Origin: Pyrinomonadaceae bacterium
Lineage (GTDB): Bacteria; Acidobacteriota; Blastocatellia; Pyrinomonadales; Pyrinomonadaceae
Assembly: GCA_035537255.1 (NCBI GenBank)
Contig: DATLMN010000065.1
Span: forward strand, 826 to 64,825
Reading direction: 5' to 3'
Length of the DNA: 64,000 nt
The translations under genes were made by a program, and so were the position numbers. The notes below the pieces were generated by a model that ran no database searches, was not told where the DNA came from, and worked only from the letters and a program-made list of their open reading frames with translations. Positions within the stretch are counted from its first letter, which is position 1; each line of letters begins with the position of its first letter. Shown here one piece after another: positions 46,594 to 55,461 of this stretch.

Positions 46594-47253
46594 TCAGTTG
46601 CTGTGTTTGATAAAGGCGGCTTCGGTCATGTAAACGGTCAGCTCGCAGATGTCCGTGACGTAATCGCCGATGCGTTCGATGTGTTTGGCGACGAAGAGCA
46701 GTCGCGCGGCGCGCGTCGTCGTCGCAGGGTCTTGGGTCATCAGCTCGATCAGATCGTGAAAGATGCCATTATAGAGTTCGTCTATCTGGTCGTCCCGCGC
46801 GATGACTCTGCGCGCGGCCGCCGCATCATTGGTAGTGAAGGCGTTAAGTGCAGCATGCAGCATGCTGGCCGCGTGCTCTGCCATCAGCGGCAGATCGACG
46901 TGGGTTTTGAGTTGCGGCTCATCGTTAAGGTCAATGGTGGCGCGGGCGATGTTGCAGGCGTGATCGGCGATGCGTTCCAGGAGCGGCGTGATCTTCGCCA
47001 CGGAGATGACGAAGCGCAGGTCGCGCGCCGCCGGTTGACGCAGCGCGATGGTGTCGACGCAGAGACGATCTATTTCCAGCTCAAGTTGATCTATCTCGTC
47101 ATCGCCCGCGAGAACTTCACGCGCCGTCGCGCTATCGCGTTCGACCAGCGCGTACATAGCTCTCTGAAGCGCCGTCTCCGTCTCGCCGCCCAGCAGCAGC
47201 ACGCGGTCACGTAAAACGCCCAGCTCGCGATCAAGTAATCTATGCTGTTCCAT
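46594..47253 (-). CDS. phoU: Phosphate signalling complex protein PhoU
   Basis: 219 aa with the two PhoU repeats containing E/DxxxD-type motifs (..RIADHACNIA.. / ..RIGDYVTDIC..). Confidence 0.9.
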   Translation of the reverse strand: MEQHRLLDRELGVLRDRVLLLGGETETALQRAMYALVERDSATAREVLAGDDEIDQLELEIDRLCVDTIALRQPAARDLRFVISVAKITPLLERIADHACNIARATIDLNDEPQLKTHVDLPLMAEHAASMLHAALNAFTTNDAAAARRVIARDDQIDELYNGIFHDLIELMTQDPATTTRAARLLFVAKHIERIGDYVTDICELTVYMTEAAFIKHSN

Positions 47254-47347
47254 AACTCAATTTTGGATTTTAGATTTTGGATTAACGAACGGATTGAATG
47301 AAGCTGACGGCTCTATCTCTCAATCCAAAATCCAAAATCTAAAATTA
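47254..47347. repeat. Heptamer-arm inverted repeat, family A copy 3
   Basis: TTTTGGA TTTTAGA TTTTGGA ... AATCCAAAATCCAAAATCTAAAATT. Fills the pstB-stop to phoU-start gap. Confidence 0.9.
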
Positions 47348-48205
47348 ACCAAACCGTCCGGTAATGTAATCCTCCGTCAGCTTCTCTTCGGGATTGGTGA
47401 ACATGCGCTCTGTGGCGTTGACCTCTATCAGTTTACCCAGCCAGAAGAAGGCCGTCTTGTCGGAGACGCGCGCCGCCTGCTGCATATTATGCGTAACGAT
47501 GACAATAGTGTACTGCTCTTTGAGGCCGACGATCAGCTCTTCGATCTTTTGCGTCGCAATCGGATCGAGCGCCGATGCGGGCTCGTCCATCAATACGACT
47601 TCGGGACGCACAGCCAGCGCACGCGCGATACAAAGACGCTGTTGTTGCCCGCCTGACAGACCGAGCGCTGATGATTTCAAACGGTCTTTCACTTCGGGCC
47701 AGAGCGCCGCATCCAGCAGCGCCTGTTCGACTCTCTCGTGCAGCTCCGCCTTGTTCGCCGCCAGTCGATTGATGCGCAGACCGTAAGCGACGTTGTCGAA
47801 GATGGATTTCGGGAACGGGTTAGACTTTTGAAAAACCATCCCGACTTTGCGACGCAGTTCGACGACATCCGTGTCGGGCGCGTAGATGTCTTGCCCGTCA
47901 ATCTCGATTATCCCTTCGGCGCGTGTGCCGGGAATGGTATCGTTCATGCGATTCAATGTGCGCAGGAACGTAGACTTGCCGCAGCCGGACGGCCCGATCA
48001 GAGCCATCACGCCGCGCTCAGGGATGTTCAGAGAGATATTGTAGAGCGCCTGCGCCCGGCCGTAAAAAAAGTTCAGCTCGCGTACGCCGATTTTTATCTC
48101 GGAAGGGGCGCGCTCCATTTGCTTGCTCACCCGTTCCCGCTCGTCATCAGGAAGTGATTCAGCCATACGGGGCACGCTCACCATTTTTTGAGCTGGCATT
48201 GACAT
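47345..48205 (-). CDS. pstB: Phosphate ABC transporter ATP-binding protein
   Basis: GPSGCGKST Walker [10 protein letters not shown] signature and VLMDEP Walker B. The N-terminal region is typical of PstB. ATG 48205 was chosen because the longer ORF would read through repeat E. Confidence 0.9.
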   Translation of the reverse strand: MSMPAQKMVSVPRMAESLPDDERERVSKQMERAPSEIKIGVRELNFFYGRAQALYNISLNIPERGVMALIGPSGCGKSTFLRTLNRMNDTIPGTRAEGIIEIDGQDIYAPDTDVVELRRKVGMVFQKSNPFPKSIFDNVAYGLRINRLAANKAELHERVEQALLDAALWPEVKDRLKSSALGLSGGQQQRLCIARALAVRPEVVLMDEPASALDPIATQKIEELIVGLKEQYTIVIVTHNMQQAARVSDKTAFFWLGKLIEVNATERMFTNPEEKLTEDYITGRFG

Positions 48206-48213
48206 TTTAAATA

Positions 48214-48303
48214 CAGTGACAAGTGACGAGTGGCGACTGACAAGTAAGAAGTCAAAAGCTTTTTCACTGCTTGTCACTTGTCACTTGCCACTCTTCACTG
48301 CTT
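48214..48303. repeat. Heptamer-arm inverted repeat, family E
   Basis: ACAGTGA CAAGTGA CGAGTGG CGACTGA CAAGTAA ... CACTGCTTGTCACTTGTCACTTGCCACTCTTCACTG. Lies between pstA and pstB. Confidence 0.9.
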
Positions 48304-48304
48304 T

Positions 48305-49153
48305 TCAAACTTTCTGGCGCGTAAAGAAGCGCACGGCGATATTGATTAAGAGAATCATCGTCATCAGGACAAGCGTGGCGGCCCAGGCCTGCGCGTGCCA
48401 TTCATCGTAGGGCGAGATGGCGTAATTGTATATCTGCACGGTCAGGCTGGCGATGGGCTGATCCAGATAACCCTCGAAAAAGAAGCGGCTGCCAAACGCC
48501 GTAAACAAAAGCGGCGCTGTCTCGCCGGAGACGCGCGCGATGGCTAGCATCGCCCCCGTCGCAATGCCAGAGCTTGCGGCGGGCAGCACTACTCCCAACG
48601 TCACTCTCCACTGCGGCGCACCCAGGGCGAGCGCCCCCTCGCGCAAAGATGTCGGAACTAAGCGAATCATCTCTTCGGTCGTGCGCGTGACAATCGGAAT
48701 CATAATCAGCGCCAGAGCAATACCACCTGCGAGCGCTGAGAAATGTTTCTGCGGAATGACGATCAGCGTATAAACGAAGACGCCGACGACGATAGAAGGC
48801 ACGCCCGTCAGAGTGTCCGTGACGAAACGCACAGTATGACCAAACCAGCCGTCGCCGTACTCCGCCAGATAAATGCCCGCTGCGATTCCCACTGGCAGAC
48901 CGATCACAGAAGCCAGCCCGAGCAGCAAGAGCGTGCCCGTGATGGCATTGCCGATACCGCCGCCTTCGCCCACGGGGCGCGGCCTGTCCATCAGGAACTG
49001 TAGGTTGATCGAAGTAACGCCGCGCATCAATATGTAACCGAGGATAACTATCAGCACGGCACTGACCGTCAACGCACAAAAGGCCGCGAGCCCTGTCATC
49101 ACAGTGCTCACGATTCTTCGCCGACCGATTTTTCTTCCCTGCCGCTCTTTCAT
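48305..49153 (-). CDS. pstA: Phosphate ABC transporter permease PstA
   Basis: Polytopic permease with an EAA-type loop (..REGALALGAPQWRV..). ATG 49153 overlaps the pstC stop codon (ATGA). Confidence 0.9.
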   Translation of the reverse strand: MKERQGRKIGRRRIVSTVMTGLAAFCALTVSAVLIVILGYILMRGVTSINLQFLMDRPRPVGEGGGIGNAITGTLLLLGLASVIGLPVGIAAGIYLAEYGDGWFGHTVRFVTDTLTGVPSIVVGVFVYTLIVIPQKHFSALAGGIALALIMIPIVTRTTEEMIRLVPTSLREGALALGAPQWRVTLGVVLPAASSGIATGAMLAIARVSGETAPLLFTAFGSRFFFEGYLDQPIASLTVQIYNYAISPYDEWHAQAWAATLVLMTMILLINIAVRFFTRQKV

Positions 49154-50163
49154 GTCGCCCTCGCCGTGCCGCTCGTCCCACGCGTCACGCTCCACACCAG
49201 AAGCTTCGCCAGTCCGTTGACGATAAAAGTAACGACAAACAGAATAAGGCCGATCTCGACCAGCGCGCTCAGGTACAGATCGCCGGTTGCTTCCGTAAAC
49301 TCGTTGGCGATGACGGACGCTATTGTGTAAGAGGGCGCAAAGAGCGAGGCGCTGATCTCCGGTCGATTGCCTATGACCATCGTGACGGCCATCGTCTCAC
49401 CTATGGCGCGTCCCAGCCCCAGAATAATTGCGCCCGCTATTCCCGAAGCGGCGTTAGCCAGCACGACTCTGGTCATCTCCCAACGTGTTGCGCCGAGCGC
49501 AAGCGCCGCCTCGCGCTGCGACGTGGGCACTGCCGAGAGCACATCGCGCACGACCGCCGTGATGATCGGCGTAATCATGATGGCGAGAATGATACCGCCC
49601 GTCAGGAGCCCTATGCCCGTGATGGGCCCACTGAAGAGCGGCAGCCATCCGAGATAGCTTTGAAGCAACGGCTCGACGTGTATGCGCAGCAGGGGCGCAA
49701 GCACGAAGATGCCCCACAGCCCGTAGACGACGGAAGGAATCGCCGCCAGCAGCTCGACCAGAAAGGCCAGCGGGCGCGCAAGGCGCGGCGGCGCTTGCTC
49801 GACCAGAAAGATCGCGACGCCGAGCGAGAATGGCACGGCGATCAGCAGCGCGATCAGCGAAGAGACGACCGTCCCGTAGATAAAGGGCAGCGCGCCGAAC
49901 CGCCCCATCACAGGATTCCACTCGCGCCCCGTCAAAAAGCCAAAGCCGAACTCGCGCAGAGACAGACTGGAATTCGTAGCCATAGAGGCGATCATCAACG
50001 AGACGATCAATAAAATAAGCGCCGCGCTCGCCAGCAGGATCAGTCGAAACACGGCATCGCCCGTCGTGCCCGTCGCAGAGAGCGTGCGCCGCCATCTCCA
50101 CACACGCGCCAACGCGCCGTACGCGGCCGCAGGACTCTGAACATTTTGCTGCGAGCTAGACAT
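49150..50163 (-). CDS. pstC: Phosphate ABC transporter permease PstC
   Basis: Polytopic permease with ..QREAALALGATRWE.. Position is between pstS and pstA. Confidence 0.9.
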   Translation of the reverse strand: MSSSQQNVQSPAAAYGALARVWRWRRTLSATGTTGDAVFRLILLASAALILLIVSLMIASMATNSSLSLREFGFGFLTGREWNPVMGRFGALPFIYGTVVSSLIALLIAVPFSLGVAIFLVEQAPPRLARPLAFLVELLAAIPSVVYGLWGIFVLAPLLRIHVEPLLQSYLGWLPLFSGPITGIGLLTGGIILAIMITPIITAVVRDVLSAVPTSQREAALALGATRWEMTRVVLANAASGIAGAIILGLGRAIGETMAVTMVIGNRPEISASLFAPSYTIASVIANEFTEATGDLYLSALVEIGLILFVVTFIVNGLAKLLVWSVTRGTSGTARAT

Positions 50164-50256
50164 AAAAAGCAGGGATGAGGGCGGAGGGATGAGGGATGAA
50201 GGAAGAACAGTTCAACTTGAATAATTTCTTATTCATCCCTCATCCTTCATCCCTTA
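50164..50256. repeat. Heptamer-arm inverted repeat, family C copy 4
   Basis: GGGATGA GGGCGGA GGGATGA GGGATGA AGGAAGA ... TTCATCCC TCATCCT TCATCCC. Lies between pstS and pstC. Its loop ..GTTCAAC|TTGAATAA.. equals the C1 loop without the tRNA-like core. Confidence 0.9.
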
Positions 50257-51339
50257 TCTCAGTGGTTTCCCGCCTGTGGTTATCGAGTTGATCTTGGCTT
50301 CGGCGCGCTTGACAATCTCTGCGGGCAGCGGCGCGTACTGCAAATCTCTGGCGAACTGCTCGCCCTCGTGTATGCCCCACCAGAGAAAGTCGACGAGCGC
50401 CTTGCCTTTGGCGGCGTCCTTTTGCTCTTTGTAGGCGAGGATGTAAGTGTAGCTTGAGATCGGGTAAGCACTTGCGCCGCTCGCGTTAGTGATCTGTACG
50501 CGCAGGTCTTCGGGAGTTGTCGCCACGGATTCGGCAGCCGCCGCCGTCACAGCATCGAGGCTCGGCAGGACGAAATTGCCGGAGCTGTTTTTGATCTGCG
50601 CGGCGGGCAGCTTGTTCTGCACGGCGTAGGCCAGCTCGACGTAGCCGATAGTGTTCGGCGTTTGCTTGACCTGACCCGTCACGCCCTCGTTGCCTTTGCC
50701 GCCCAGGCCTACGGGCCATTGCGGCGAAGTCCCCGTCCCGACCTTCTCTTTCCACTCTGCGCTGACCTTCGACAGATAGTCCGTGAAGACTGCGCTCGTG
50801 CCGCTGCCGTCCGAGCGATGCACGACAGTGATGTCTGCGGCTGGAAGATTAGCGTTCGCGTTATCGGCCTTGATGCGTGGATCGTCCCAGCGCTTGATCT
50901 TGCCCAGAAAGATGTCCGCGATTACGTCGGGCGAGAAACGCAGCGCTTCCGAGACACCGGACAGGTTGTAGGTCACGACAACAGCGCCGAGCACCGTCGG
51001 GATATGAAGAATTTCGCCGGGCGCTTTCTTCAAATCTTCGTCCTTCATGGGCGAGTCGGACGCGCCGAAATCGATTGTCTGATCCTGTATCTGCTTGATG
51101 CCGCCGCCCGATCCGATTGACTGATAATCCATCTGGACATTCGGATTGATCTTGCCGTATTCGCTCAGCCATTTTTGATAAAGCGGATTGGGAAAAGTCG
51201 CGCCCGCGCCTTGCAGCCGCACCTTTCCGCCGCCACCTCCTGCGCCCCCTTGCTGGCCGCTACAGTTAAAGGAGAGCGCTGCCAATGACAGGATTATCAA
51301 GGCAAGCGTCGCGCGTCGAATCTCTCTGGATAGGGGCAC
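50254..51339 (-). CDS. pstS: Phosphate-binding protein PstS
   Basis: GAGATFPNPLYQKW and HRSDGSGTS motifs. GTG start at 51339 with AGGAG 9-10 nt upstream. Confidence 0.9.
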   Translation of the reverse strand: MPLSREIRRATLALIILSLAALSFNCSGQQGGAGGGGGKVRLQGAGATFPNPLYQKWLSEYGKINPNVQMDYQSIGSGGGIKQIQDQTIDFGASDSPMKDEDLKKAPGEILHIPTVLGAVVVTYNLSGVSEALRFSPDVIADIFLGKIKRWDDPRIKADNANANLPAADITVVHRSDGSGTSAVFTDYLSKVSAEWKEKVGTGTSPQWPVGLGGKGNEGVTGQVKQTPNTIGYVELAYAVQNKLPAAQIKNSSGNFVLPSLDAVTAAAAESVATTPEDLRVQITNASGASAYPISSYTYILAYKEQKDAAKGKALVDFLWWGIHEGEQFARDLQYAPLPAEIVKRAEAKINSITTGGKPLR

Positions 51340-51396
51340 TTGGATGATCTCCTAGCTTCTTCTCGATTGTTGAACAGGACATTAGAGCTTAAGCCC

Positions 51397-51440
51397 TGGA
51401 TGTTAAATCCATCTGAACTTCATCGAAACTTTATGTGAAC
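51397..51440 (-). promoter_or_regulatory. Pho-box-like array upstream of pstS (four 11-bp phased repeats)
   Basis: Minus strand: GTTCACATAAA GTTTCGATGAA GTTCAGATGGA TTTAACATCCA, then 12 nt and TAATGT (-10-like). Lies 58-101 nt upstream of the GTG start. Confidence 0.6.
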
Positions 51441-51486
51441 AAAACGTCGTGCAAGCCGAGCGGTCTAGACTCTCAAAGCAGATTCA

Positions 51487-51579
51487 AACAGGGATGGACA
51501 GAGATTGTCAGGATAAAAACGACGAGTGAGAAGATTAAAAGCCTGCTCCTTGCTCGTCACTTATTACTCGTCACTGCTC
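51487..51579. repeat. Chimeric repeat: family D half-element joined to a family E-like half
   Basis: 33 nt identical to D1 (AACAGGGATGGACAGAGATTGTCAGGATAAAAA), then GACGAGTGAG...CTCGTCACTTATTACTCGTCACTG resembling family E units. The two halves are not mutually complementary. Confidence 0.75.
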
Positions 51580-54500
51580 TTAAAAGTTGAAGCGCACGGC
51601 GAACTGAATCTGGCGGCTTGTGCCAAGGCCGACGGTGCGCTCGACCGTTTGCCGCAGCAGACCGAATGTGCCGCCCGCCGCCGACTGTGTGTAGGGTTGT
51701 CCGGGTTGTGTTCCTGTGCCGACAGAGTAAAGTCCCGTCGCCGTGTTGAAGCTGACCGTCGGGAGCGCCAGATTCAAGCGGGACGCTGGAACGTCGAAGT
51801 TCGTAAAGTTAAAGATATTGAAGAACTCCGCGCGCAGCTCTACGTTCTTGCTCTCCGTCAGGCGGATACGCTTGTTGAGGATAAAGTCTACCTGCTTGAA
51901 ATTTGGCCCGCGCAAAGCGTTGCGCGCCAGATCGCCGAATGTGCCGGGCAGCGGCGTGGCAAAGGCCGCAGGGTTCAGAATGCTGCGGTCATTGTTCAAG
52001 TAAGGATCGACGCCGGGGATCAAGTCCGGGCGTCGAACGTTGCGCGATGCCCCACCGCCGGGCGTATTGACGACGGCGATAAAGCCCGGCGGCAGCGGAT
52101 TCGCCGCGTTGATCGTGCCCGGCAGTTGCGCCACAAAGCCTTGGGCCAACAGCGTCGTCGCACCACCCGCGCCCGTCGGCACGACACATCCTCCCGCCGT
52201 GACACATTGCATCACCAAGTCAGGGCGCACAATGCCGATCTCAAGTGGAAGACCGCTGCGAGCATTAATGATCGTGCCGATTTCCAGATTGCCCAGAAGC
52301 TTATCAAGGACGCCGCCCATGTCGAGCGTTTTGCCGCTGCCGACCGGCAGCAGATAAAGCGCGCTGAAGTTAAAGGTATGACGCACGTCGAAATTGTTGT
52401 AGCTTCGGTCATAATCGAACTCATCAAGAGCGCGGGCATTGTTGGCCGCCGTGCGCGCTTCGTTTGAACCGGCTGTATTACCGATTGAGCGCCCGAAAGT
52501 GTACTGCGCGTTCAGGGTCAAGCCTGTGCTAAAACGGCGCGCAAGCTGAACCTGCAAAGCGTTGTAGCTGTCAGAGCCTCCGCTCGTTTTGTAGTCAACC
52601 TCCGCAAAGGGATTGTTGACGGAGCTTGTGCCGGAGACGAGCGAGAACTCGCGCACGGTGTTGACGGCGATGACACGGCCCGTCGCAGCGTCCGTGCGAT
52701 TGATGATGCCAAAGCCTGTGGGCAACTGCGTGCCGTTAACAATCGTAGTTTGGCCCGGCAAAATCTGATTGGTGACACTGCGCAAAAATAGATTGCGTCC
52801 CTGACTGCCGACGTAACCGATGGTCGCCACCATCTTGTAAGGCAACTCCTGCTGGATGGAGAAGCTGTACTGGTAAACCTTCTCAGGGATCGTGTACTCG
52901 GACGCATAAGCGCGCGGCTGGAATGAGCGGTTCAAGGGATTAGCGACGAAGTTTGAGATGATCGCGTTGATGGCGGCGGTCTGATCCGGATTGAACGTGA
53001 GCAGTGGGCCGCTCGTTAAGGTCGAGCTGATGCGGTCTGATTCAATCGGCTGAATCTGATCTTCCGTCTGTCCAGGCCCGTAAAAGATGCCGAACCCTCC
53101 GCGCAGAACTGTTCGACCACCGCCGAAGAATCCGTCGCTGTTAGGGCGCGGCGACCAGCTCAAAGCGAGGCGTGGGCCAAAGTTGGTCTTGGAAGCTTTG
53201 AAGGCCGCTTCCGTCGGGTCACGCAGGATGCCGCGATCAACGTCGAACAGGATTTGCAGGTCGCGTGCTTCGCGCAGCGGCGTGTAATACTCATAGCGCA
53301 ATCCGTAATTCAAGGTCAGGTTCTGTCTGATCTTCCATTCATCCTGCGCGTAGGCGATGTAGTATTCCTGCTCCGCCTTGCGCTGACCCGTCGCGCCGTT
53401 GTTGAAGGGGCTCGGCGCGCTCACATCGCCGAGGTATTGGATGGACTGCGGCTGGTTGAGCAGAAAGCTGTTGATGTTCGAGAAGGTGTAGGTCGTGCCG
53501 CCCTGCCTGTCCGTGTAGAGGCGAATCAAACGAACTTCGCCGCCGAACTTGTAGTTGTGATTCCCCTTCGTCCAGTTCAGATTGTCTATAAAGGAGAGCG
53601 AGTAAGGCGTGTAGGGCTGACCGCGGCCGTTCGTCGCAGAGTTGGCGCGCACCAGTCCGCCGGGCGATGCCATGCCTGCGTTCGTGCCCTGTCCTGGGAG
53701 CGCGAAGCCTGCGACCGAGCCGGAGATGTTGATCGAGAGCTGCGACAGATCAATCCCGTTCACGACGGGCGCGACTCCGTTGACGCGCGTATACGCTTCG
53801 TTAAATCCGACCTTGAACTCGTTGACGACCGTCGGTTTCAGGATGGATTGAAATGCGAGGACTGCGTTCTGCGGATTGGCGACGAAGTTTATATGGCGAC
53901 CCGTGACGCCTTCGGGCTGATCGTTTCTGCCCTGATCGCGGAATAAGCGAAAATAAAAGGAGTGCTTCTGGTTAAAGCGGTTGTCGAAGCGAAAGGCAAC
54001 GGCATTTTCATCTACCTTGGTGGTTGATTGAAGCTGAACTGTATCGAAGAGGTCTGGGCCAACGCGCAGCACCGAGACAGCAGGATCACGAAAGGCGGAG
54101 ATCAAAGGCAGAATGGCAGCGTTACACGCGATTGTTCCAGTGCCCACAGGCGCGGCGCAGATTCTCGAAGCCTGACCCGGAACAGTCTCAATCGAATTGA
54201 TTCCGGCCCGCAGGCGATAGCCTTCGTAAGAGAAGAAGAAAAACGCTTTGTCCCTGATGATTGGCCCACCGATAGAGCCGCCGAATTGATTGAGACGCAG
54301 AGGCGATTTCTTTCCGATAATATTATCGAAAAAGTTGGCGGCATCGAGCGCGTCGTTGCGCAGGTACTCGAACAGCGAGCCGTGAAACTCGTTGCCGCCG
54401 GATTTCGTCACGACGTTGATCTGCCCGCCCGTGCCAGTGCCGTACTCTGCCGGATAGTTACTTGAATCCACGCGAAACTCCTGCACGTTCTCCAGAGAGG

Positions 54501-55173
54501 ATTGCAGGCGAAACGGCGAAGGGACTTCACCGTTAAGATTGCCCGGGCTGGCGTCTATAACGGCAGAGCCCTCTATGCCGTCGTAGCGAACAATATTTTG
54601 TTCGACGGCGCGGCCGGAAAAGCGTATGTCGCCGAACGTGCCGGAACCTGTATTGACGGAGCCGGGCGCTTGCAGATAGAGCTGCGAAAGCTGTCTGCCA
54701 TTAAGCGGCAGACCCACGACCTCGCGCTCGCTGACGTTCGCGCCCATACGCGCCGAGCTGGTATCAATCAAGTCTTCCGACGCACCGGCGCTAACGTCAA
54801 CAGAGGCGGCGACGCCTGTGGCCTGCAACGTGAGATCAAGATTTAGCTCCTGCCCGACAGACAACTGAACGTTATTGATCGTCGCAGAAAGGTTCGTGCC
54901 GCTGACAGTGACCGTATAGGTCGATGCCTTGAGCGGAGAGACAATGTATGTTCCCGATTCAGACGAAACGGCAGTGCGCTCTTCGCCCGTGCGCTCATTC
55001 TTCACGGTAATGTCTGCGCCTTGCACGAGTCCGCCGTTGATGTCCTTGACCGTGCCGACGATGCGGCCTGTATCGGTCTGAGCGAAAACTATTGGGGCAA
55101 TAAAAAATAGCGCCAGCAGCGCTATCAGAAAAGATCGGGGGCGAAGGGGGCGCTCCGCCTGTAGCTTAATCAT
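51580..55173 (-). CDS. TonB-dependent receptor with CarboxypepD_reg-like N-domain, probably Pho-regulated
   Basis: About 1197 aa. AGGAG lies 7 nt before the ATG at 55173. Signal peptide, TGRIVGTVKDINGGLVQGADITVKNERTGEERTAVSSESGTYIV, and C-terminal ..FAVRFNF. Confidence 0.85.
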   Translation of the reverse strand: MIKLQAERPLRPRSFLIALLALFFIAPIVFAQTDTGRIVGTVKDINGGLVQGADITVKNERTGEERTAVSSESGTYIVSPLKASTYTVTVSGTNLSATINNVQLSVGQELNLDLTLQATGVAASVDVSAGASEDLIDTSSARMGANVSEREVVGLPLNGRQLSQLYLQAPGSVNTGSGTFGDIRFSGRAVEQNIVRYDGIEGSAVIDASPGNLNGEVPSPFRLQSSLENVQEFRVDSSNYPAEYGTGTGGQINVVTKSGGNEFHGSLFEYLRNDALDAANFFDNIIGKKSPLRLNQFGGSIGGPIIRDKAFFFFSYEGYRLRAGINSIETVPGQASRICAAPVGTGTIACNAAILPLISAFRDPAVSVLRVGPDLFDTVQLQSTTKVDENAVAFRFDNRFNQKHSFYFRLFRDQGRNDQPEGVTGRHINFVANPQNAVLAFQSILKPTVVNEFKVGFNEAYTRVNGVAPVVNGIDLSQLSINISGSVAGFALPGQGTNAGMASPGGLVRANSATNGRGQPYTPYSLSFIDNLNWTKGNHNYKFGGEVRLIRLYTDRQGGTTYTFSNINSFLLNQPQSIQYLGDVSAPSPFNNGATGQRKAEQEYYIAYAQDEWKIRQNLTLNYGLRYEYYTPLREARDLQILFDVDRGILRDPTEAAFKASKTNFGPRLALSWSPRPNSDGFFGGGRTVLRGGFGIFYGPGQTEDQIQPIESDRISSTLTSGPLLTFNPDQTAAINAIISNFVANPLNRSFQPRAYASEYTIPEKVYQYSFSIQQELPYKMVATIGYVGSQGRNLFLRSVTNQILPGQTTIVNGTQLPTGFGIINRTDAATGRVIAVNTVREFSLVSGTSSVNNPFAEVDYKTSGGSDSYNALQVQLARRFSTGLTLNAQYTFGRSIGNTAGSNEARTAANNARALDEFDYDRSYNNFDVRHTFNFSALYLLPVGSGKTLDMGGVLDKLLGNLEIGTIINARSGLPLEIGIVRPDLVMQCVTAGGCVVPTGAGGATTLLAQGFVAQLPGTINAANPLPPGFIAVVNTPGGGASRNVRRPDLIPGVDPYLNNDRSILNPAAFATPLPGTFGDLARNALRGPNFKQVDFILNKRIRLTESKNVELRAEFFNIFNFTNFDVPASRLNLALPTVSFNTATGLYSVGTGTQPGQPYTQSAAGGTFGLLRQTVERTVGLGTSRQIQFAVRFNF

Positions 55174-55332
55174 AGAAATCTCCTGTGGCCCATGCTTCAT
55201 GTTGAAGGAAATGTGCATCGGCGGAAAAGAGAGTCCGCCGTCAGTTTGTTTATCAGAACAGGTTTCGCAGAGCTTTTTGTTTAGTCACAAGTGCGAACAA
55301 GGAATGTTGCTTCAAGGAAGACAGACTATGTG

Positions 55333-55376
55333 GGCCGAGTTAAAAGGGCGTGAATAGCGCCTTAAATTTTCGTAAA
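55333..55376 (-). promoter_or_regulatory. Pho-box-like array upstream of the TonB-dependent receptor
   Basis: Minus strand: TTTACGAAAAT TTAAGGCGCTA TTCACGCCCTT TTAACTCGGCC, with a TT(T/A/C)A(C/G) core every 11 nt, about 160 nt upstream of ATG 55173. Confidence 0.5.
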
Positions 55377-55425
55377 CTTTTGGCGGGGCGGGAGGCTTGG
55401 AACTATCAACGGCTGACATCACAAA

Positions 55426-55461
55426 GGCGCTTTCAGATTGCGCACACAATCTGAAAGCGCC
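55426..55461 (-). terminator. Strong hairpin downstream of the small 4-Cys protein gene (possible terminator)
   Basis: 15-bp perfect stem GGCGCTTTCAGATTG-cgcaca-CAATCTGAAAGCGCC. The minus-strand tail TTTGTGATG is only weakly U-rich. Confidence 0.4.

Noticed and set aside
48206-48277. The longer pstB start at 48277. The same question applies to other longest-ORF starts at 12955, 21640, 32860, 37672, 49195, 55218, 61119 and 61209.
   Set aside because: The extensions read through repeat elements or lack an SD. Internal ATGs are preceded by AGGAG-type sites or, for pstA, make an ATGA overlap with pstC.
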